64,000 nt of DNA from Candidatus Iainarchaeum sp. (GTDB taxonomy: Archaea; Iainarchaeota; Iainarchaeia; Iainarchaeales; GCA-2688035), in the NCBI GenBank assembly GCA_002688035.1, contig NZBU01000012.1, positions 18,272 through 82,271 of the forward strand. The letters run 5' to 3'. Each line of letters opens with the position of its first letter. The stretch's first letter is position 1. This document shows, piece by piece, positions 56,496 to 64,000 of this stretch. The notes under the pieces are model-generated. The model saw only the letters and a list, made by a program, of their open reading frames with translations, ran no database searches and had not been told where the DNA came from. Position numbers and translations under genes: made by a program.

Positions 56496-57409
56496 AGTAC
56501 TCCCTTCTCTTTCAATGAAGCTGCAATCAGTGGGAGTGCAATTGTTGCATCACAGTGCACTTGCACACTGCTCCCTTTCTCTTTTATTTTGCCCCAGCTC
56601 TTTGCTTCTTTTGTTTGTGCTCCTGAGAGCGAACCATCGTACTCGACAGCTGTTGAAACATAAACCGCGTAATCCAAGCCATCACGAACAAGGTTTGCGC
56701 CAATAATGTGGTGCTTGCTGATTCCCCCGCCAAGGATTATTGCTGCAGTTTTCTCAGCGTTGAGTACTGTGTCAGCCAGTCTCTTCATGTCCTTTGTAAC
56801 ATCAACCACAAAGTCTGCATGCTCCTGTTTGAAAAAGTACATTTGCAATCCAATTGCCCCATCCGTAATTCCCGGGCAAAAAACAGGAATGTTGTTTTTA
56901 GTGCAGTGATGCAAAAAGCTTTCCTCAGGAAGCGTGCTTCCAATAAACTCGTTCAACTCACTAGGGCTAGTGCTCTTATCTTGAGCATATAATTCGCTGA
57001 ACCATGGCTGTATTTTTTCCTCAAGAATCTCAAAGCCTTTGTTTTCAACAAAAATGTTTCCAATTCTGTTAACTCCTTTCTTGTGGAGCTCAATGTCATC
57101 AACATTAAACGCGCCTTTCCCATAGGGCATAAAGCTCTTGATTATATCGTGGTCAATACTTCCAGCAGTTGTGACGATTGCATCAACAAACTTTTTCTCA
57201 CACATCTCCCTCACTATTCCGCGCAGGCCTGATGCCATCATATTCGCGGTAAACCCAAGAAATATGGTGCAGTTCTCTTTTTTCATTTGTTCAATAAGCT
57301 CAACGGCTTCAGCAAGGTGCGATGCCTGGAACCCAGTGTCTTTCATCTGCCCAATAATATCTGCAGCGCCTTGCTTGTTGTTCAATTTAATATCGCTAAT
57401 CTTTTCCAT
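56492..57409 (-). CDS. dys: Deoxyhypusine synthase
   Basis: TGFQA, FTANM.ASGLR, NRIGN, TDG, GGGISKHH, DGSLSGA..EA.SWGK, DATI. Confidence 0.97.
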   Translation of the reverse strand: MEKISDIKLNNKQGAADIIGQMKDTGFQASHLAEAVELIEQMKKENCTIFLGFTANMMASGLRGIVREMCEKKFVDAIVTTAGSIDHDIIKSFMPYGKGAFNVDDIELHKKGVNRIGNIFVENKGFEILEEKIQPWFSELYAQDKSTSPSELNEFIGSTLPEESFLHHCTKNNIPVFCPGITDGAIGLQMYFFKQEHADFVVDVTKDMKRLADTVLNAEKTAAIILGGGISKHHIIGANLVRDGLDYAVYVSTAVEYDGSLSGAQTKEAKSWGKIKEKGSSVQVHCDATIALPLIAASLKEKGVL

Positions 57410-57414
57410 TTTTT

Positions 57415-57510
57415 ACCACCTCCAATTATATCTAGAAAAATTAGTGCAATGAAACTTTGTTAGGTGGTCTTGGTTTCATAGAAGAATTTGCTCCGAAAGT
57501 GTATTTAAAG
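57415..57510 (-). promoter_or_regulatory. dys leader: TATA box, leaderless uORF MKPRPPNKVSLH (57479-57441) and anti-SD/SD pair
   Basis: TTTAAATA at 57509-57502; ACCACCT (57468-62) is complementary to SD AGGTGGT (57421-15). Confidence 0.7.
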
Positions 57511-57526
57511 CTTTCATTTGGCTTTT

Positions 57527-60400
57527 TTAGGCCTTTAATTCGATTGCAAACTCTCTTTCCAGCAGCGTCTCCATTTTCTTGCCTTCAACCACTTTCATCT
57601 TGGTGTTGGTGCCTTCCTCAATCTCTTTCTGGTATTTCTTGAGGAATTCTGGATCACTGCTAGCAATAAGAAGCTCTACTGTTTGCTGTGGCACAAGCTT
57701 TGCTTTTTTTCTCTCGTCCTGGATTTTCCTGCGCAGCTCCTGCAGCCCCCACTCTTCTTTGAGTGCGGCATCAGTTTCTGTGCTAAGCAAAGCAATTACT
57801 CCTGCAACCTCTGTTTCAGCATACTGGCCCTTAGGCTTTGCCTTTACCTCAACAGCCTTTTTCACATTACATGACCTTGCAATAATTGGCAGAACATTCT
57901 TGAATTCTTTTCCTGTCTTTGAAACAATTGCAACTTCTTTGAGAGGCCATCTTCTCCTCAATTTCTCTTGCTCCCTTAGAGCAAGAACCGCCTGCACAAT
58001 ATCTATTGCATTAGCCATCTCTTTCTCAAGTTTCTCATTAACCATCTCTTTGTTGGTTGTGGGTAGTCCAAGCAAATGAACTGAGTCTGGTGCTTTTCCA
58101 ACTGCAGTCTGTTTTAATTGCTGGTATAAGTGTTCTGTTATATGCGGGGCAATTGGCGCAAGCAGTCTTAAGAGCGTGTCCAAGCAAACGCTCATCGTCC
58201 TGTTCACTGCATCATCCTCACGGGCCCTAACAAGCTTTATATATGTTCTGGAGAAATCCTCCATTACAAATTTCTCGATTGCCTGCACCCCCTTGTAGTA
58301 AGTGTAGGTCTCGTAAGCGTCAATGGCATCATTCACCGTGCTATAGAGCCTGCTGAGAATCCACTTATCCTCTACTTCCAACTCTTTTGTGTTCAATGGG
58401 CTAGAGTCAAGCAGTTTTACATCAAGGTACATGCTTGCATAATTGTAAGTGTTGAATAGAACATTGAAGAACTTGCCAATATCCCTAAAGTTATCCCAAT
58501 TAAATGCAAAGTCCTCTCCTCTAGAACTCTGCACAAGGTAGTAGCGCAGGAAGTCGGTGTTGTACTTTTCAATAACTTCTTTTGGCGAAACAATGTTTCC
58601 CTGGCTCTTTGACATCTTCCTTTTGTTCAAATCAAGAACAAGACCGTGAACCACAATATTCTTGAACGGCTTTTTGTCAAATGCAATTGTGCTAAGTATG
58701 AGCTCTGAGTTCCACCAGCCCCGGAACTGGTCTGTTCCCTCCCAATTCAAGTCTGCGGGCCAAAACTTTTCAAATAGCTTTTTGTCACGAGGATATTCAA
58801 GCGCAGCCCAACTACTTACCCCTGAGTCAAACCAAACATCAAGAATTTCTGAAACCCTTTGCATCTCCTTCCCACACTTGCACTTTACCTTTACTTTGTC
58901 AATCATTGGCTTGTGCGGATCTGGAATCTTTTGCCCAGTTTCTTTTTCCAACTCATCAACAGAACCAAACACGCGCTGTTCTCCACATTCACACTTCCAA
59001 ACAGGAACAGGGCTTCCCCAATATCTTGCTCTTGAAATCGGCCAGTCTCCCAAATTCTCTAACCAGTCATGCATTCTTCCCTGCATAAACTTTGGAACCC
59101 AGTTGACTTCCCTGTTAAGTGAAACCATCTTCTTCCTAATTTTTTCAACATTGAAAAAATATTGAGGGAGTGCGAGCATCAGTAGCGGGCTTTTGCATCT
59201 CCAGCAAAGAGGATAGTCGTGAGTATAATCATGCTTGTAGACAAGCGCACCCATTTCCTCCAAATCTGCTATAATATCTTTGTCAACAACCCTTGCTTTT
59301 TCACCAGCATACTTTCCGGCCTCTTCTTTGAGCGAGCCATCTATGTTCACAGGGTTTATTGCCGGCAAACCAGCTTTTCTTCCTTCATCAAAATCCTCTT
59401 TTCCATGGCCAGGCGCGGTATGAACCAAACCAGTTCCTTCATCCAGATTTACATGTCGCTCACTCAATATTACACGATAAGCGTTTTTCAGTTTTCCAAG
59501 TTTTAGGTTAGGGGTTAAAGGGTTCTTATACTGTGTTCCATCAAGCTCTTTTCCCTTAACAGTTTTCTCTATAGAGAAGCCGGCCTCAATACTATCCATT
59601 AATTCCTGTACTTTTTCCTTCGCAATAATCCAGGTTTCTCCATTACTCATTTTCACAAAGTCGTACTCGTATTTTGGGTGCACCATTATCCCCATGTTTC
59701 CAGGTAGAGTCCATGGCGTTGTCGTCCAAATCAAAAAATAAGTGTTCTCCAAGTTCTTTGCCTTGAATTTCACATAGACTGCGGTATCAGTTTGCTTGCT
59801 GTACTCAATTTCGTTAAATGAAACAACTGTTTCGCAGTGCGGGCAAACATGTACAGGGTATATTCCTTCTGTAAGAAATCCTTTATCCGCTCCCTGTTTG
59901 AATGTCCACCAAACAGTGTCAATATACTCGCGACTCAGTGTAAGATATGGGTTCTCCCAATCCATCCAAATCCCGAGGTTTTGGAATTCCCCATTCATTA
60001 CATTAATAAATTCTGTTGCAAAGTGCCTGCACTCTTTTGTGAATTTCTCAACACCATAAGTTTCAATATCTTCCTTGCACTTAAAGCCGTGCTTTTGCTC
60101 AACCTTTATTTCTGTTGGAACTCCGTGCGTATCGTATCCTGCGCGGGCAAAAACATTGTAACCCATCATCCTGCGCGAGCGAATGCTAACATCCTTCAGA
60201 ATCTTGTTAAGGGCTGTTCCCATGTGGATATGACCTGTTGCGTAAGGGGGACCGTCCATAAAATAGTATGGCTTCTTCTGTTTGGAAGACTGGACCTTAA
60301 CCTTGTCGGCAATCTTCTCTTTGGCCCAGAACTTCTTGATTACATTCTCCTTTTCTCCGGAGTATGCTTCCAACTGCTTTTTTTCGCTCACATCATTCAC
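57527..60400 (-). CDS. ileS: Isoleucine--tRNA ligase (archaeal type)
   Basis: DGPPYATG.IHMG, WTTTPWTLP, GTGLVHTAPGHG, DW.ISR.RYWG, KMSKS. Confidence 0.97.
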   Translation of the reverse strand: MNDVSEKKQLEAYSGEKENVIKKFWAKEKIADKVKVQSSKQKKPYYFMDGPPYATGHIHMGTALNKILKDVSIRSRRMMGYNVFARAGYDTHGVPTEIKVEQKHGFKCKEDIETYGVEKFTKECRHFATEFINVMNGEFQNLGIWMDWENPYLTLSREYIDTVWWTFKQGADKGFLTEGIYPVHVCPHCETVVSFNEIEYSKQTDTAVYVKFKAKNLENTYFLIWTTTPWTLPGNMGIMVHPKYEYDFVKMSNGETWIIAKEKVQELMDSIEAGFSIEKTVKGKELDGTQYKNPLTPNLKLGKLKNAYRVILSERHVNLDEGTGLVHTAPGHGKEDFDEGRKAGLPAINPVNIDGSLKEEAGKYAGEKARVVDKDIIADLEEMGALVYKHDYTHDYPLCWRCKSPLLMLALPQYFFNVEKIRKKMVSLNREVNWVPKFMQGRMHDWLENLGDWPISRARYWGSPVPVWKCECGEQRVFGSVDELEKETGQKIPDPHKPMIDKVKVKCKCGKEMQRVSEILDVWFDSGVSSWAALEYPRDKKLFEKFWPADLNWEGTDQFRGWWNSELILSTIAFDKKPFKNIVVHGLVLDLNKRKMSKSQGNIVSPKEVIEKYNTDFLRYYLVQSSRGEDFAFNWDNFRDIGKFFNVLFNTYNYASMYLDVKLLDSSPLNTKELEVEDKWILSRLYSTVNDAIDAYETYTYYKGVQAIEKFVMEDFSRTYIKLVRAREDDAVNRTMSVCLDTLLRLLAPIAPHITEHLYQQLKQTAVGKAPDSVHLLGLPTTNKEMVNEKLEKEMANAIDIVQAVLALREQEKLRRRWPLKEVAIVSKTGKEFKNVLPIIARSCNVKKAVEVKAKPKGQYAETEVAGVIALLSTETDAALKEEWGLQELRRKIQDERKKAKLVPQQTVELLIASSDPEFLKKYQKEIEEGTNTKMKVVEGKKMETLLEREFAIELKA

Positions 60401-60549
60401 TTTCCTTTCTTCATTTTCTTCTCTTTCGCAGCTTTCATCTTTACTTTTTTTCTTCTTGCCATTTCCTGTGCATGCTTTTTTGGACCCACTTTCTTTTGCC
60501 TTACTTGTATTGTCCTTGCAGGCTTTTGACTTCTCCTATTTGCACGCAT
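60397..60549 (-). CDS. 50-aa extremely basic protein
   Basis: GGTGA RBS, 22/50 Lys+Arg, stop overlaps the ileS GTG start (GTGA). Not in the ORF track. Confidence 0.65.
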   Translation of the reverse strand: MRANRRSQKPARTIQVRQKKVGPKKHAQEMARRKKVKMKAAKEKKMKKGK

Positions 60550-60571
60550 GATTTCACCCTGTGCTTTTATT

Positions 60572-60646
60572 TGGGTCTGGGAGGATTTGAACCCCCGACC
60601 TGCGGCGTATAAGACCGATGCTCTAGCCAGGCTGAGCTACAGACCC
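60572..60646 (-). tRNA. tRNA-Ile(TAT)
   Basis: GGGTCTG/CAGACCC-A; D arm GCTC/GAGC; TCGGT-CTTATAC-GCCGC; GGGGG-TTCAAAT-CCTCC. Confidence 0.9.
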
Positions 60647-60787
60647 GTTCAAGATTATTTGAGCTATTATTAGTTTTATATAGATAACTATGCAAATCAG
60701 AAGTAGTTTTATGCCAGTATCCGACATTCACCCAGTATTTGTGAATTCTTGTACATAAAAAAATTAGTCCCGGAAAACGTTAAAAAG

Positions 60788-61141
60788 CTATTCGTTGCTC
60801 AGCTCTTTCTCACTCAAATTGTTTTCCTCGTTGAGCCGAGCTGGACCCTCTGCGCTCTCCTCAATGCTCCCATACTTTCCAATGTTCAGCCTAATGCTGT
60901 GCTTAAAGATTGTAGTGTAAGCATTCTCAATTTTGTAGGTTCGGTCTTTCTCAATTTTTTCAATATTCTTGTCCCACAACGAGAGTAGAATGGATGCAGT
61001 TTCATCTCCCACCAGCAATTCTGCCACACGATGCATTTCTCCACTATCTCTTAGCATTACTTCGCGCGGCTCTCCCGTGTCCCCTGCCTTCACAATCAGT
61101 GAAATCTTTTTCTGCAAGGGCTTTATTTCCTCAACCTTCAT
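60788..61141 (-). CDS. ssb: Single OB-fold single-stranded DNA-binding protein
   Basis: HRVAE.LVGDETASI.LSLWD, I.NAY, LNIGKYG. Confidence 0.9.
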   Translation of the reverse strand: MKVEEIKPLQKKISLIVKAGDTGEPREVMLRDSGEMHRVAELLVGDETASILLSLWDKNIEKIEKDRTYKIENAYTTIFKHSIRLNIGKYGSIEESAEGPARLNEENNLSEKELSNE

Positions 61142-61200
61142 TTCAAACTTGGGGTGCCAATTTCTTTTAAACCTAGAGCGGTCTAGGCTTTTTTAAAAAA

Positions 61201-61229
61201 AATAAAAAAAGAGCGGGAACTAGCCCGCT
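61201..61229 (-). terminator. Hairpin plus T-tract terminator
   Basis: AGCGGG-N6-CCCGCT followed by T runs on the minus strand. Confidence 0.5.
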
Positions 61230-61918
61230 TACTTGATGCTTTTCTTTATTTCGCCTGCAAAGCTTTGTATTTCTTTCTTAAATGTCAGACCAAATGAGAC
61301 ACCGACAACAATACCAACCGCTATTGCAATGCTCCATAGGAATGGTGTCAGGAAGATCTGAAGCAACTGTACAAGAATCTGTACTTTAGCTTCTCCAAGC
61401 ACAAGTGTAAGTGCGAGGATCCCCGCGAACAACACTACAATCAACTCGGTCATGCTTGAAACCATTTTCTTAAACCTGTGTTGAGTTGCATCCAGTGCAT
61501 TCTTAAGGTATCTACCTAACAGCAAGCCAAGTATCATTACCAGCAATGCTGCTAGCACTTGCGGGATGTAGAAGACAAGTGCCTCTACAAATTGGCTTAG
61601 TCCCTGTAGCTTGATTGAGTCAGCTGCTACCCACAGTGAAACCCAAATAATATACCACTTGACAAAGCTTCCGATCAAAGCGGACATTTCTTTTCCGCCG
61701 ATCGCCGCAGTAAGGTTTTGTTCATCGATCCATTGGTCAATTTTGGTGCTTTGCAATATCTTTATTACTATCTTTTTTATTATCTTCCCGAGGAACCATC
61801 CGATTACAATTATGGCAATCGCAAGGATCAGCGCAGGAACAACGTCAACAAACGAATCCCAAATTTTGAAAGCTGCTTGCTTCATTCCATCACTAAACTG
61901 TGAAACCAAATCAACCAT
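61229..61918 (-). CDS. TM_helix-repeat membrane protein (MscS-associated/CmpX-like)
   Basis: Two P.L..A..I...G repeats; G..FGL near the C-terminus. Confidence 0.8.
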   Translation of the reverse strand: MVDLVSQFSDGMKQAAFKIWDSFVDVVPALILAIAIIVIGWFLGKIIKKIVIKILQSTKIDQWIDEQNLTAAIGGKEMSALIGSFVKWYIIWVSLWVAADSIKLQGLSQFVEALVFYIPQVLAALLVMILGLLLGRYLKNALDATQHRFKKMVSSMTELIVVLFAGILALTLVLGEAKVQILVQLLQIFLTPFLWSIAIAVGIVVGVSFGLTFKKEIQSFAGEIKKSIK

Positions 61919-62069
61919 TGTTGAATCACCAATTAATAGAACGCTTTTGCTCTTTTTAAATCTTTTCAGGGCTTCGTTCATTAGCCTTTTTCAAAAAGGT
62001 GGATTGACGAATAATTCTCCTTTGTGTCCACAATAAACCTTATTATTGATTTTGTTCCAATACTTTGGC

Positions 62070-62621
62070 ATGGTAATTGTTGCAACAGTTGGAATGCCCG
62101 GTTCAGGCAAAAGCGAAGCGGCTGATGTCTTTATTGCAAAGGGCTTTGACTACATTCGCTTTGGCAAAATTGTTGTGTCCGAAGTCAAGAAGCGTGGGCT
62201 TCCAGTAGAAGAAGATTATGAAAGGCAGATTCGCGAGGAGTTTCGTGAAAGATATGGTATGGCTGCAATGGCCATTCTAAACATTCCAAAAATCGAGGCC
62301 TCGGTAAAAGCAAAGAATGATGTTTTGATTGACGGGCTTTACAGTTGGGAGGAACTAATTGTTTTGCGCGAACGCTTCCCAGGCCTAAAATTATTGGCTG
62401 TTTATGCTTCGCCTGAAACACGCGCCAAGCGCCTTGCAAAAAGAAAGATTAGGCCTTTGACTGCTGAGGAACTTTCATCTCGCGACAGGGCAGAAATTGA
62501 AAACTTGCACAAGGGTGGGCCTATAGCCATTGCTGATTACACTGTTTTAAATGAAACTACCAAACCAAATTTTTTGGCGGAAGTAAAAAAAATTGTGACA
62601 AAAATAAAAAGAAAAAAATAA
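62070..62621 (+). CDS. UPF0200 / dephospho-CoA-kinase-like P-loop kinase
   Basis: GMPGSGKS, IDG..S.EE, R..RL..R, RD..E, ADY...N. Confidence 0.85.
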   Translation: MVIVATVGMPGSGKSEAADVFIAKGFDYIRFGKIVVSEVKKRGLPVEEDYERQIREEFRERYGMAAMAILNIPKIEASVKAKNDVLIDGLYSWEELIVLRERFPGLKLLAVYASPETRAKRLAKRKIRPLTAEELSSRDRAEIENLHKGGPIAIADYTVLNETTKPNFLAEVKKIVTKIKRKK

Positions 62622-62644
62622 AAAAATAGAAAAAGGGGAATGAT

Positions 62645-64000
62645 TTACATCATTCCGCCCATGCCTGGTGGCATTCCGCCCATGCCTGGTGGCATTGGTG
62701 GCTCTTTGCCCTTGCTGCTTCCCGCGATTATGTCATCAATACGCAGAATCATTTCCGCGACCTCTGTTCCGGAAGCAATTGCTTGAGTCTTGACTTTCAT
62801 TGGCTCAATGACGTTCTTTGCATTCATATCGGCAAGCTTTCCTTTTATGACGTCAACTCCAATGTACTTTCCGTCCTTTGCTCTGTGCTTTGCTCTCAAG
62901 CTAACCAAAGTGTCCAAGGGATTCATTCCTGCTGTTTCTGCAAGAGTCCTTGGAATTTCCTCTAGTGTGTTAGCGAAGGCTTCGATTGCAAGCTGTTCTC
63001 TTCCACCAATTGTGTGTGCGTAGTCGCGCAGCCTTGTGGCGATTTCAACTTCAATGCTTCCGCCTCCTGCGACAACTTTTCCACTTTTGATTACTGTTGC
63101 AACAGCCATCAAAGCGTCGTGAACAGCTCTCTCTGCTTCGTCCACCACATGCTCTGAACCGCCCCTTATGAGCATTGAAACACTCTTAGGGTTCTTGCAG
63201 CCCTCAACGAAAACCATGTCGTCTCCGGCAATCTTTTTCTCGCTCACTGTTGCGGCTTTACCAAGGTCTGAAGCTGAAAGATCTTCTAACCTTGTCACAA
63301 TCGTTCCGCCTGTAGCTCTAATAAGAGCATCCATATCGGATTTCTTGACTCTACGTACAGCTGCAATTCCTTCTTTTGCAAGGAAGTGCTGTGCTAAATC
63401 ATCAATGCCTTTCTGGCAGACAACAAAGTTTGCTCCGCTTTTCTTTATTTGCTCAACCATCTTTTTCAGCATGCCTTCTTCTTGGTCTAGGAAAGCCTGC
63501 ATTTGTTCAGGTGAACTAATCTCGATTTTTGCGTCTGTCTCTGTGCTCTTTATTTCAAGTGCAGCGTCAATCAAAGCGATTTTTGCATCACCGATTTTCT
63601 TTGGCATTCCACCTTGCACTATTTCCTTGTCTATTAAAAGGCCCTTGATTAGCTTGCTGTCTTCGAGTGAAGCGCCCTGCTTTTTCTCAACCTTGACATT
63701 GTCAATGTCGATGCCAATCTCGTTGTTCTCGTTGTCTGTAACCTGGACTATTGAGTTAACAACAAGGTCTGCTAGCTCTTCTGCTGCCTCTGCAGCCTTG
63801 CCGGTCATTGATGTTAGGGCAATGTTTCTCAAAGCTTTCTTGTCATCATACTTTACGTCCTCGGCCACTTTCTCAAGTTCTTCTCTGGCCTTTTTTGCCG
63901 CTAAACGGTAACCCTTTATGATAATACTTGGGTGTATGTCGTCATCAAGCAGTTCTTCTGCTCTCTTCAACATTCCGCCTGCCAAGACAACTGCACTAGT
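62645..64000 (-). CDS. Thermosome (group II chaperonin) subunit, 5' part beyond window
   Basis: IHPSIII.GY, CQKGIDD, GGGS.E, MILRIDD, GGM tail. Confidence 0.97.
   Translation of the reverse strand, partial: TSAVVLAGGMLKRAEELLDDDIHPSIIIKGYRLAAKKAREELEKVAEDVKYDDKKALRNIALTSMTGKAAEAAEELADLVVNSIVQVTDNENNEIGIDIDNVKVEKKQGASLEDSKLIKGLLIDKEIVQGGMPKKIGDAKIALIDAALEIKSTETDAKIEISSPEQMQAFLDQEEGMLKKMVEQIKKSGANFVVCQKGIDDLAQHFLAKEGIAAVRRVKKSDMDALIRATGGTIVTRLEDLSASDLGKAATVSEKKIAGDDMVFVEGCKNPKSVSMLIRGGSEHVVDEAERAVHDALMAVATVIKSGKVVAGGGSIEVEIATRLRDYAHTIGGREQLAIEAFANTLEEIPRTLAETAGMNPLDTLVSLRAKHRAKDGKYIGVDVIKGKLADMNAKNVIEPMKVKTQAIASGTEVAEMILRIDDIIAGSSKGKEPPMPPGMGGMPPGMGGMM

Noticed and set aside
62651-62692. 21-bp tandem repeat
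   Set aside because: It encodes the ordinary PPGMGGM chaperonin tail.
1-64000. Many 60-250 aa ORFs antisense to or overlapping the called genes (e.g. 7709-8236, 19774-20310, 40797-41378, 59837-60529, 63168-63911)
   Set aside because: They shadow well-supported genes, are Ser/Phe/Leu-rich antisense translations and have no motifs.

Overview
Archaeal chromosome segment, most likely a DPANN lineage (Iainarchaeota/Diapherotrites- or Micrarchaeota-like). The taxonomy is inferred from gene content and style: TATA promoters, leaderless genes, thermosome, Alba, deoxyhypusine synthase, Sec61beta, an intron-containing tRNA and many membrane-anchored surface proteins. The window holds about 75 CDS, 3 tRNAs (Leu-TAG with intron, Val-CAC, Ile-TAT) and one C/D-box guide RNA. 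I found no CRISPR array, rRNA or transposase. Main blocks: housekeeping genes, a copper/redox island (13.5-24.6 kb), a GH130-tkt-rpiB-rpe operon and a rubrerythrin/SOR operon. The most striking observation is a leaderless 12-codon uORF (MKPRPPNKVSLH) in front of deoxyhypusine synthase. Its Arg-Pro-Pro codons are the exact anti-Shine-Dalgarno of dys, making it a candidate aIF5A/polyamine-sensing translational attenuator for a dys plus membrane-fused AdoMet decarboxylase operon. Other highlights: proteins with a C-terminal LPxMVGGC tail that appear co-regulated with copA, a repeat array next to a winged-helix gene (origin, centromere or cassette sites), and tRNA-Ile(UAU) upstream of ileS. All functional calls come from motif recognition only; no searches were run.
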